Positions 43,958 to 52,276 of a stretch of 64,000 bases of DNA are shown piece after piece (within the stretch, counting starts at the first letter, position 1; the number at the start of each line of letters is the position of its first letter). Where the stretch lies: the NCBI GenBank assembly GCA_903825575.1, contig CAIKAW010000031.1, forward strand, positions 3,469-67,468. Direction: 5' to 3'. Both the position numbers and the translations under genes were made by a program. The stretch comes from an uncultured bacterium (GTDB lineage Bacteria > Actinomycetota > Actinomycetes > S36-B12 > CAIKAW01). The notes beneath the pieces were generated by a model. It was given only the letters and a program-made list of their open reading frames with translations, searched no databases and had not been told where the DNA came from.

Positions 43958-44586
43958 GCCATGTAATTCAGAACGTTCTGTCATTGCATGGGCTGCCTGT
44001 GTACGCCCTTGTATTTCTGTTTGTATTTGTAGAGGACGCCATTTTTGTCGGGTTTGTGGTGCCGGGGGAGACCGCAGCGGTACTTGGGGGGGTAACCGCC
44101 AGCCTGCATCACTCCAACTTGCCCGCTATGTTCGCCACGGTCGTGCTCGCGGCGATCATCGGAGACAGCGTCGGATACGAAGTAGGCCGCAAATTTGGCC
44201 CGACGCTGCTAAGGGCGCCGATCTTGGCCAAACACATGTCACGCCTGGACGCGGCCCGTGAGTTCCTTGCCCGACGAGGTGGGGCAGCAGTCTTCTTGGG
44301 ACGCTTTACAGCGTTCTTTCGGGCAGTAATTCCAGCGCTGTGTGGATTATCTGGAATGCGCTATGGGAAGTTCCTGCGTTGGAATGCGATAGGTGGGTTT
44401 TGCTGGGGTATTGCATTCGTGCTTGTTGGGTATCTGGCCGGGCATTCCTATGCGAAAGTTGAAAAGACTCTAGGACGCAGTTTTGCGCTAGTGGTTCTGG
44501 CGCTTGTAGTGGTGGGATTAATCGTTTGGCGTGTCAGAGAACACCGTCGGGAAGCAGAATCCCCCCCGGTCGAGCCACAAGTTTAA
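43954..44586 (+). CDS. DedA family inner-membrane protein
   Basis: FVEDAIFVGFVVPGETAAVLGG and FLGRFTAFFRAVIPALCG motifs. Confidence 0.88.
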   Translation: MSHVIQNVLSLHGLPVYALVFLFVFVEDAIFVGFVVPGETAAVLGGVTASLHHSNLPAMFATVVLAAIIGDSVGYEVGRKFGPTLLRAPILAKHMSRLDAAREFLARRGGAAVFLGRFTAFFRAVIPALCGLSGMRYGKFLRWNAIGGFCWGIAFVLVGYLAGHSYAKVEKTLGRSFALVVLALVVVGLIVWRVREHRREAESPPVEPQV

Positions 44587-44604
44587 GGCCAGTCATGCGT
44601 CGGT

Positions 44605-46257
44605 TCACTTATCCGCCAACAAAGTAAGGCCGTAAGCAACCGCCCACCGATGCCCTAGCTTGACTCCCACGTTGCCACGGCCAATCAAATGGTGAGGTAG
44701 AACGGCTCCAAGTGCGATTAGGAGCTCTTCATCACCGGCCGGTCCACCAACCAGGAGCAATTCGTTTGGATCAGCACCGTTAAGAGCGCGCACGACATTG
44801 ACACCAAGAATCTCGGCCTTCAGACGCAATCGAAGTACTCGCCATTCCGAGGGCGACAAGCGCCGGTGGAATGGTAGGAGCCCTGCAGGTCCGGCTACGG
44901 CCAGGGCCCCAACGAGGTCTGCGGGCGCCGCACTTGTTAAGAAGTCCCTTTGTCCATCTTCACCCACCAAGACATGAGGATTGGCTACCAGACTCGATGG
45001 TCCACGTTTAACCCAGTCTGCAGCCCCGTGAGGGATCCCCAGGACTGTTGCAACTGCCAGTGTCAGTAGCTCCCCGCCTCCCGCGCACGATACGGCTCCT
45101 ATCGTTCCAGCCATCGCATCAACGGTTCCGCCGCCAAGATCTATTACGGTAGTTCCAGATTCGGAGCCGGGGGTGCTCAGGGCGCCGGTCTGCCCTGCTA
45201 ATGATTCCGACCCCAACAAATGAACGGGGCGCGCAGTCAGATCGCCCACTAATTGGATCGGGTCAACGCTGTCTGGGGCGTTGGTAGACAGCGCGGCCAG
45301 GGCCAGACCGACTTCGTTCGGTCGGGCCCACACGCTGGATGCAGCCTCGCGCAGATTGATTCCGAAAAGGTCTGCCACTTCGGCGCTGGATCCTTCGACA
45401 GACCAGGCGCTTGCCCGATGTCGACCATCTCGGATCTGAGCTAACGCATCCAGGATTGGAAGCCGAAGCCGCCCGCCATCCAGATCGATCCAATCATTGG
45501 ACGAAACCGGATGCGTTGGTGAAGCGGTCGCGTTTCGAGCGACCAATATGGCCCGTTGTCCAGCGTTTTGATCGGCAAGTGCACCGGCGATCACTCGATC
45601 CGAAATTGCGAAATCGGTTGCGAGGCGGAAGGGGTCGGCAAGGCGTGAGACTACGTGGCCGATAGCCGCCACCTCGATTCCCACAAGATCGGCGGCGAGG
45701 GCGGCAGCTGCGTCGATCTCGTCGATGATCGGAATATCCCAGGCGCAGCGATTAGCCAAGAGCACGCCTTCATCTCCGGCGGTTGCAATGCCTTGGATAC
45801 TCAGACCAGCACCAGCCCATGCGTCCAAGATGGGCAGAATGTCTCGAAAGCCCATACCGCGCCTGGCAATGGCAATGATTGGGGTCGCTGACGCCGGCAT
45901 TGGTCCGCCCAGATCGATTGGTATGGCCAAGGCAAAACCGGGCCGGCCTGGGGTGGCGCTTCGATTCGACAAGATCTGAAATTGCCCAGTCGGTATTGGG
46001 GGATCAGGGATAAGCCGAACACCAGTCTCAACCGGTACTTGTCCAGTAATAACGACAAGGTCTGCGACTAAACCAGAATCGCGCTCAATTCGAGACAGCA
46101 ACCGAGCTGCATGTTGCCAGGCTCCGGCTGAACCTTTGCGACCTCGAGTTGGGGCCCGATCCCATGCCAATGGAGTCCAGCGCTCGGCTGTTCCTGCTCC
46201 GGCCAACACAATTTCGGTAGTCGAGTTGCCGACGTCGATTCCGGCGACGATGCTCAT
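44605..46257 (-). CDS. pduG: Diol/glycerol dehydratase reactivase, large (alpha) subunit homolog
   Basis: N-terminus MSIVAGIDVGNSTTEIVLA (compare PduG/DdrA MRYIAGIDIGNSSTEVALA). ATPase motifs VIDLGGGTVDA, GGGELLT, LLLVGGPAGDEEL and GRGNVGVKLGHRWAVAYGL. ATGA overlap with the small-subunit stop. Confidence 0.85.
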   Translation of the reverse strand: MSIVAGIDVGNSTTEIVLAGAGTAERWTPLAWDRAPTRGRKGSAGAWQHAARLLSRIERDSGLVADLVVITGQVPVETGVRLIPDPPIPTGQFQILSNRSATPGRPGFALAIPIDLGGPMPASATPIIAIARRGMGFRDILPILDAWAGAGLSIQGIATAGDEGVLLANRCAWDIPIIDEIDAAAALAADLVGIEVAAIGHVVSRLADPFRLATDFAISDRVIAGALADQNAGQRAILVARNATASPTHPVSSNDWIDLDGGRLRLPILDALAQIRDGRHRASAWSVEGSSAEVADLFGINLREAASSVWARPNEVGLALAALSTNAPDSVDPIQLVGDLTARPVHLLGSESLAGQTGALSTPGSESGTTVIDLGGGTVDAMAGTIGAVSCAGGGELLTLAVATVLGIPHGAADWVKRGPSSLVANPHVLVGEDGQRDFLTSAAPADLVGALAVAGPAGLLPFHRRLSPSEWRVLRLRLKAEILGVNVVRALNGADPNELLLVGGPAGDEELLIALGAVLPHHLIGRGNVGVKLGHRWAVAYGLTLLADK

Positions 46258-46634
46258 TCAGGCTTGGCCAGTCCACGACGCTGATAGGTGCGACTGGCTT
46301 CCCTGACTAATTCCGCCACCAACGGCGCGCCTCTGGAATCCAAACTGTCCGCCAATTCAAACAAGTTTGAGGCGGTCGAGCGGTACGGACGTAGCGCTTC
46401 ATAGATACCCATTACCTCTTCATCGGGGATGCTCGTTAGCTCCGCTGCGCGCAGGAGATTCTCCGACAGATTCGGATTGCCATGAGCTGCGGCAACGCTG
46501 GCCTGATGCCGAAGGGTGTTCGGATGGATCCGGACGTCATCGATCGAAACTTCTCCGCGTCGGACAGTATCAAGCGTCACTTCTGATAAGGGGCGCTCGG
46601 AATACCCATATGCGTCAACATTTCGTTCGCTCAT
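46254..46634 (-). CDS. pduE: B12-dependent diol/glycerol dehydratase small (gamma) subunit, lacking an N-terminal extension
   Basis: VRIHPNTLRHQASVAAAHG..LLRAAELTSIPDEEVMGIYEALRPYRST..ELADSL..LVREASRTYQRR aligns with the PduE/DhaB3 core. 126 aa. Confidence 0.88.
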   Translation of the reverse strand: MSERNVDAYGYSERPLSEVTLDTVRRGEVSIDDVRIHPNTLRHQASVAAAHGNPNLSENLLRAAELTSIPDEEVMGIYEALRPYRSTASNLFELADSLDSRGAPLVAELVREASRTYQRRGLAKPE

Positions 46635-48853
46635 ACCAGCTCCAAGGTCTCGGGAACATAAACGTTGCTACAACTACGCTCAATGGCCACTAGAGAGATG
46701 ACTTTGGTGTGGTAACGCGCCTCTATCGCTTCGTCACTGTAGGGATTGCGAGCCGGCTCAGGTGTGCTTCCCTTGGCATGACGGCCCGCATTTGTGCCCA
46801 ATAGTCGATACAACTCGCGAGTCACCGTCGGAGCGACGCTGTATAACTCGAGGTTAGCTAGCGGAGTCAAGTCGCGTCGATGAATGAGCGCAGTGCCTTT
46901 GGCCTGAAGTCCGATTGAGATTCCCGACCCAGACAGCTGTGCTGCAGTCAGTCCCAGGCGGCCCAGATCAATCGTGTCGTTCACCCGCACTATTCGACCT
47001 ATGCACCCTTCCTCCTCGAGGCCGGCAAGGAGTTCTTCAAGTACGTCGACTACAAGCAGTCCCGATAATGTTTGCCATACTTCTCGTCCGACTGCCGGCG
47101 ATACCCCGATAACCACATCACGAGGATCAGTACTCAGAGTGGCCGCACCAGTTGATCTAAGGCGATGACTGCTGTGCTGCTGTTGCTCGGCGCGGAGGTC
47201 TGCGACGGATCGTTCTTGTCGAATACCATCGATTTCCGCCTGGCGCGCTGGTGTTGGCACGTAACCCGTACCTGGTCCGGCGTAGTCATTGGGGTCCGTT
47301 ACCAGCGAGAGCACATTCCATTGCTCGTCAAAGATTGCCGCGGTATGCAGATAGTCGCCATGTACGCGCTGCTGCAACATCGTCAGCATTCGCCCCGCCT
47401 CTACCTCATATCCGCAGTCGGCTAGCGCGGTCACAACATCGAGCATCGTGATGCCAGAATCACGCACGATACGCGCAGCATTTAGGGGCGTCATGAGATC
47501 GGCTGCGGGAATGTCCTTGGAACCGGCCGCATCTATGGCTTGAGCTGCCCACTCGTCGCTGAAGTCACCGAGTCCCAGGTACCGGTAGACATCACGTACC
47601 GCCGAGACCGCCCGCTCCCGTAGCGATTCGAGGGCATTCATGTCTGTTGAGCGAAGACCACCATCGACCCCCCAATCCCGCTGCATGGCGAGGAAGTCGT
47701 CGATATCCTCCGAATTCCACTGACTCGGGCCGAACATGTTGTCGTAACGCTGGATCGAACCGAAGCCACTGCAGATGTAATCCGACCCCGCAATGAAGAT
47801 TGGATGCGTTCGAGAGGTCCGGCGGACGTCCGACTCAGACATCAAGGCGTCGTTTCCAGTACAGGCTTCAAGATTGCGAGCCATGACCATTAAGTTCTCG
47901 GCCATCAAGGAGCGCACTCCGCCGGGCACTGAACTGGCCACTGACGCAGAATCGATGCCTCCGTTCTGGACACCCTGCGCACCAATCGCACGTGCCAGCG
48001 AAACGCACCGCGCTTCAAGGTAGAACATCGAACGCTTCTCAGCCCCGCCCATCAAGGCTTCGGCGCCGCCACCGGAGGTGACCCGCATCTTGATTCCCCG
48101 CGATGCGTACGCCGAAGTCAGGAAGGCCTTGGACCATGGAGAATCGTCGCCGTCTACGAAAATCTGCTCGGTCCCGTAAAGCGAGACTGTTTCCGCGTAG
48201 GACACAAGTCCGCGCAGTCCCATCCACAATTCCAGGGCTTCTTCCACAGAACATTGAACTAGAACTCCGGCGGATCCAACTGCCGCGCCGATACTGACAG
48301 CGATCGCGTTGGAGGGGGCATCTCCGAGAACCGGTACGGTCGTCTCAATCTCGCGAAACCCAAACGCCGCTGCCGTTGCAGCATCTGCACTTAGCAAAAG
48401 CGGGTCATCGCTGCGATTAGTGACGTGGGCCTGATTGCTTGGTGTCCGGCGGGCTCGCATTTTCGTCATAGCGATGACCAATTCGGCCGGACGTAGCAAT
48501 GTGATGATCTCAGCCAACTTGGCCGGGGTCATGCCCGCTACAAGCCTAACAATCTCGCTGCGGGAAACATTTGGATCAATGAACATTCTCGCCGCGACAA
48601 GATTGTCAAGGGCCATTGCCTCAATGGCAACATCTAGATCGATTCCGTGGGCCGCAATAAAGGAGTCAATTGCATCGAACTCGGAAGCTGGTCGCGAGTC
48701 CAGCTCCGTGACTTGCCCCTCAGAAATGACTAGCGAAGGAATCGGGTCGTGGGGTGAGGCAAAGGCCACCAGACCTAAATCGACATCAGGGACTGCAAAG
48801 CCGTCAAGATTAACTCTCTGCTCATCCATGAATCGGATGCGACCGATTGTCAT
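46631..48853 (-). CDS. B12-dependent diol/glycerol dehydratase, large (alpha) and medium (beta) subunits fused in one 740-aa polypeptide
   Basis: Residues 1 to about 545 match PduC/DhaB1 (KMRARRTPSNQAHVTN, REIETTV, YAETVSLYGTE, GAQGVQNG, SESDVRRT, ICSGFG, DNMFGPS, GDYLHTAAI, DPNDYAGPGTGY). Residues about 579-740 match the PduD/DhaB2 core (VVIGVSPAVG, EEEGCIGRIVRV, LSGSGISIGLQAKGTALIHRRDL). A linker of about 33 aa (QERSVADLRAEQQQHSSHRLRSTGAATLSTDPR) joins them with no stop. Confidence 0.9.
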   Translation of the reverse strand: MTIGRIRFMDEQRVNLDGFAVPDVDLGLVAFASPHDPIPSLVISEGQVTELDSRPASEFDAIDSFIAAHGIDLDVAIEAMALDNLVAARMFIDPNVSRSEIVRLVAGMTPAKLAEIITLLRPAELVIAMTKMRARRTPSNQAHVTNRSDDPLLLSADAATAAAFGFREIETTVPVLGDAPSNAIAVSIGAAVGSAGVLVQCSVEEALELWMGLRGLVSYAETVSLYGTEQIFVDGDDSPWSKAFLTSAYASRGIKMRVTSGGGAEALMGGAEKRSMFYLEARCVSLARAIGAQGVQNGGIDSASVASSVPGGVRSLMAENLMVMARNLEACTGNDALMSESDVRRTSRTHPIFIAGSDYICSGFGSIQRYDNMFGPSQWNSEDIDDFLAMQRDWGVDGGLRSTDMNALESLRERAVSAVRDVYRYLGLGDFSDEWAAQAIDAAGSKDIPAADLMTPLNAARIVRDSGITMLDVVTALADCGYEVEAGRMLTMLQQRVHGDYLHTAAIFDEQWNVLSLVTDPNDYAGPGTGYVPTPARQAEIDGIRQERSVADLRAEQQQHSSHRLRSTGAATLSTDPRDVVIGVSPAVGREVWQTLSGLLVVDVLEELLAGLEEEGCIGRIVRVNDTIDLGRLGLTAAQLSGSGISIGLQAKGTALIHRRDLTPLANLELYSVAPTVTRELYRLLGTNAGRHAKGSTPEPARNPYSDEAIEARYHTKVISLVAIERSCSNVYVPETLELV

Positions 48854-49284
48854 GACGCGGATTCCTTCAGATAGACATCTAAACCGGCTTCAGCGGCAGC
48901 AAGATCTTGAGCGGCAGTGCCGCCGCTAACTCCGATGCCGCCGATTACGCGATTACCATCCCATAGCGGCAGACCACCAGCAAAGCAGATGTATCGGCCA
49001 CCAGCGGCCGCCGAAAGTCCAGCCAATTCGGCCCCCGGCGACGCAAGTTCAGTGAGTTCATGGGTCCCGGCGCGATGGGCCGTGGCTGTATAGGCCTTGT
49101 CTACGGCCAAGGTAGGGCCCGCGATTTCGGCGCCATCCATCCTCGAGAAGGCGACTAGATTGCCGCCTGCATCAACCACAGCTGCGGAGACCAACGCCTG
49201 ATTTGCCGCAGCGCTGGAAGTTGCTTCCCGAACCATTCGGCTCGCGAGTTCCAGATCTATTTCCCAGCGATTAACTCGTGGCAT
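48850..49284 (-). CDS. GlcG/HbpS-like (DUF336, PduO C-terminal-domain-like) protein
   Basis: 144 aa: AAVVDAGGNLVAFSRMDGA..TLAVDKAYTA..GGLPLWDGNRVIGGIGVSGGTAAQD. ATGA overlap with the dehydratase start. Confidence 0.8.
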   Translation of the reverse strand: MPRVNRWEIDLELASRMVREATSSAAANQALVSAAVVDAGGNLVAFSRMDGAEIAGPTLAVDKAYTATAHRAGTHELTELASPGAELAGLSAAAGGRYICFAGGLPLWDGNRVIGGIGVSGGTAAQDLAAAEAGLDVYLKESAS

Positions 49285-50330
49285 TAGCGGACTCCTTCAA
49301 GATAGGCGGCGGCTTGCCTTCGTAGCCGTTCGTGAACTCCGCCCATGGGCGCAACCCCGTGCAACAGGTGTTTGGGGAACTTCGCCACCATCGTGTAGAC
49401 GACATCAACCACGTTCGCAACGGGGGAGAGCACCGCTTGAGCAACTAGCTGGTAGCTGTCGAGCGTCGATAATCCAGTCAGTTCCGAAACCCAGTAGATC
49501 AACTGTTGTTGTGAGATTCGGAAGGCGTCTTCCAGCGGCTTGGTCGATCCGGTCGTCATGATGAAATCGTCGGATTCCAATTTTGGCCAAGGCGTTGCGA
49601 CTGCTTTGATGAGGTCGACGATCACTACCGAATCCATCGCCGTCTCAACGGCAACGCCGCAGGTTTCTCCTTCCCCCTGACGCGCATGACCGTCGCCAAA
49701 ACTGAACATTGCACCTTCGACATTCACTCCGAGATAACAGGTCGTGCCAGCCCGCATCTCAGGGGTGTCCATGTTTCCACCCCAATCCCCTGGGGCCAGA
49801 GATGAGCGAACCTCACCTAGGGCGGGCGCGACACCAACAGTTCCGTGCATCGGATCAAGCGGAAGCTCGGCGGTGTAATGAGTGTCCCGGGCCGAATAGT
49901 GGACCAAGCGGGCCGCCAAATCCAATTCGTAACGCCACGTGCGTTCTGCTAAAGCCGGATGCAGCAGGGCAGTTGTCGGGGTGGCAGTCAGGGCACCGAA
50001 CAAGGGAACAGTGCTGCTTACACCCCAGGCATACCTAGGTTCAATGCTGACGAAGTGCACGGCCAGTGTGTCTCCAGGCTCGGCGCCTTCGATGTAGAAC
50101 GGGCCAGTTTGGGGATTCAGTTGGCGCGGGTCACATACCTGACTCGCAAGGTCCGACTCTTGTCGAACTCGTCCCACGAAACAGTCGTGAGTCCAAGTGC
50201 GCAACAGGCTGCCAGGACGAAGGGATGCAACAGGGGCGGCGCCGCCAAACGTGAAGGTTAGTCCGGCCGGATCTGCATCAGCATCATGGTCAAAATCGAC
50301 AATTTGAGCCTGGTTCACGGATATCTCCAT
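49284..50330 (-). CDS. Acetamidase/formamidase family amidohydrolase
   Basis: FmdA/AmdA-type motifs: TGPFYIEGAEPGDTL, GGNMDTPEMRAGTTCYLGV, FSFGDGHARQGEGETCGVAVE. TAATG overlap with the DUF336 gene. Confidence 0.8.
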   Translation of the reverse strand: MEISVNQAQIVDFDHDADADPAGLTFTFGGAAPVASLRPGSLLRTWTHDCFVGRVRQESDLASQVCDPRQLNPQTGPFYIEGAEPGDTLAVHFVSIEPRYAWGVSSTVPLFGALTATPTTALLHPALAERTWRYELDLAARLVHYSARDTHYTAELPLDPMHGTVGVAPALGEVRSSLAPGDWGGNMDTPEMRAGTTCYLGVNVEGAMFSFGDGHARQGEGETCGVAVETAMDSVVIVDLIKAVATPWPKLESDDFIMTTGSTKPLEDAFRISQQQLIYWVSELTGLSTLDSYQLVAQAVLSPVANVVDVVYTMVAKFPKHLLHGVAPMGGVHERLRRQAAAYLEGVR

Positions 50331-50362
50331 CGGGTCGATCAGAGCCTAGCGGGAAATGAAAC

Positions 50363-50398
50363 GGCGGGGTGCGAGGACTAGTGCCCTCACACCCCGCC
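50363..50398 (-). terminator. GC-rich hairpin between the permease and the formamidase operon (terminator/attenuator or processing site)
   Basis: ggcggggtgcgaggac/tagt/gccctcacaccccgcc gives a 16-position stem with 2 mismatches. On the - strand it is followed by GTTTCATTTCCC. It lies 14 nt after the permease stop and 33 nt before the fmdA ATG. Confidence 0.5.
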
Positions 50399-50411
50399 GC
50401 CTACTGACAGT

Positions 50412-52034
50412 TCAGCGCTCGTGCGCTTCTTCAAGCACAGTACGTCCAATTGCCTTGTAGACCTCTGGCTGAGCAGAACGCAGCCACAGGGCGATCACCA
50501 GTCCGAAGATAAATGTCGCCAATGCAATGAACGGGATGAGCTTGTAGAACAAAGACCCTGATGCCGCTCCACCGGCGAATGCCAGGTTCGAGAACAACAG
50601 GTAGACCACGTAGAGCATTCCAAGACCGCCTAGGGCCGGAATGATTGCGGTGGTCCAGATGTCACCGTGGTGAACCTTCTTCACATGGAAGTACCAGATT
50701 ACTGACACCGAGGTCACCGACTGCACGATGAGGATCGCCATCGTGCCCAGAAGTGCCAACAGACCGTACTCGTAGATATAGCCACCCTGCAGAACATCGC
50801 TGCCATGTGGCGTTAAGACGTAAAAGCCGATTGTGAGCAGCAAGGTGATAACGCTCTGAACACCGGATGCGATGTGCGGCGACTTGTGCTTTCCGTGCGT
50901 GGCGCCGAGGTTGTTGTGCAACGCAGGGACCTCGCGGCCGATCGCGTACATGTACCGAGCGGCGGCATTATGGAAAGCCAATGCACAAGCAAATGATCCA
51001 GAGACGATAAGGAATACGTAGATGTACGTGACCCAGTGACCACCCAAGTTGGCCTGAGCTAGGTCGGTGAACATTCCGATCGAGTTGTTCGCTGCCTGGT
51101 CGATCGCGTGCTTGCTGCCATTGCCAGCGATGACCATCCATGAGACGAAGGTGTAGAACAGGCCCAAACCGATAACAGCGATTAGCGTCGCACGAGGAAC
51201 GATGTGCTTGGGGTTGCGCGATTCCTCCCCGTAAACAGCTGTGGTCTCGAAGCCAATCCAAGACCAGAATGCGAAGAACAGCCCGATGGCTGCGGCGCCG
51301 GCCACAAGTGGTGCGCCACCCATCTGGACTCCAAGACCGCCACCGGTTGGCAACGACTTAAATGCGTTTGCTGGGTTGATTGAAGAGAGCATCAGTCCAT
51401 CAGGACCGCCGCCCTTGAAGAGCACCGAGAAAGCCAGTGCAGTCAGCAGGATTACTTCGCAGACCAAGAAGAATCCGAGGACGGCCGCTGCGATGCTGAT
51501 GTCGTAGTAGCCAAAGACTGCCACGATCGCAATACCGACCACTGCAATAAGCAGCCAACTCACGTTCAGGTTGAACCACGTGATCAGTGCGTCATTCGCG
51601 AAGTACGCGAAGATGCCGATCAGTGATCCTTCAAAGACGATGTAGGCCATTGTGGCCAGTAGGCCAGTGGCCATTCCCCAGATCTGGCCGAGGCCCTGGC
51701 TGACGAAGCCGTAGAAGGCGCCAGCTGTTGTCACGTGCCTGGCCATGGCGACGAAGCCGATTGTGAACAACGTCAGCACGATAGTGGCGAGCGCGTAACC
51801 CGCAGGCGCGAAAACCCCATTGCCGTAGGCGACGGCAATGGGGACGTTGCCGGTCATGGCGGTGATAGGAGCGGCATTTGCCAGCGACATGAAGAGCACG
51901 CCAGCTAGCCCGATCGCTCCGACCTTGAGCTTGTTCGCGCTTTCTGCCCGGGGGACCGGGGCGTTCTCAAATTGCTCCGTATTGATGCCTGACACGGGAC
52001 CTCGCTTCATCTCTAGCGGATAGGACACAGCCAA
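50412..52034 (-). CDS. APC-superfamily amino acid/amine permease
   Basis: About 12-14 hydrophobic helices with APC-type N-terminal motifs (LKVGAIGLAGVLFMSLANAAPITAM). Start ambiguous (TTG 52034 or ATG 52010). Confidence 0.85.
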   Translation of the reverse strand: MAVSYPLEMKRGPVSGINTEQFENAPVPRAESANKLKVGAIGLAGVLFMSLANAAPITAMTGNVPIAVAYGNGVFAPAGYALATIVLTLFTIGFVAMARHVTTAGAFYGFVSQGLGQIWGMATGLLATMAYIVFEGSLIGIFAYFANDALITWFNLNVSWLLIAVVGIAIVAVFGYYDISIAAAVLGFFLVCEVILLTALAFSVLFKGGGPDGLMLSSINPANAFKSLPTGGGLGVQMGGAPLVAGAAAIGLFFAFWSWIGFETTAVYGEESRNPKHIVPRATLIAVIGLGLFYTFVSWMVIAGNGSKHAIDQAANNSIGMFTDLAQANLGGHWVTYIYVFLIVSGSFACALAFHNAAARYMYAIGREVPALHNNLGATHGKHKSPHIASGVQSVITLLLTIGFYVLTPHGSDVLQGGYIYEYGLLALLGTMAILIVQSVTSVSVIWYFHVKKVHHGDIWTTAIIPALGGLGMLYVVYLLFSNLAFAGGAASGSLFYKLIPFIALATFIFGLVIALWLRSAQPEVYKAIGRTVLEEAHER

Positions 52035-52168
52035 GCGATCTTCGGCTTGATCGGTGTTGAGGCATGTTCCCAGTGCCAGCCAACCGAATCAAGTACCTCG
52101 GGCAACCGAAAGGATTGGGTTTCTTGTCATGGTTGCCGCCCCGGATTGAGTTCAACCTATTGAAAACG

Positions 52169-52206
52169 GATATATCGGACAGGCTGCCGTACAGAATCCC
52201 TAGGGA
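52169..52206. promoter_or_regulatory. Two perfect palindromes in the divergent control region (GATATATC and TCCCTAGGGA)
   Basis: GATATATC at 52169-52176 is AT-rich and could also be a -10 element. TCCCTAGGGA is at 52197-52206. Both are exact self-complements by inspection. Confidence 0.35.
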
Positions 52207-52241
52207 ACCCGAACTGGGGGAACTTTTGACAACCAATTGCG

Positions 52242-52276
52242 TACCAAAGCCTTCCAATCGGTCTGGTGCTTTGGTA
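52242..52276. promoter_or_regulatory. Candidate operator: 9-bp perfect inverted repeat TACCAAAGC-N17-GCTTTGGTA overlapping the putative BMC-operon promoter
   Basis: Left arm 52242-52250, right arm 52268-52276. TTCCAA (52252-57) and TATGGT (52275-80) are spaced 17 nt apart and look like -35/-10 elements. GGAGG at 52299-52303 precedes the GTG at 52310. Confidence 0.4.

Noticed and set aside
44587-44604. Checked the left boundary of the BMC island for mobility signatures (tRNA, integrase, direct repeats)
   Set aside because: There is only an 18-nt convergent gap between dedA and the reactivase gene. No integrase or transposase ORF and no flanking repeats are visible, and composition looks similar to the core. 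There is no evidence for a mobile island from this window alone.
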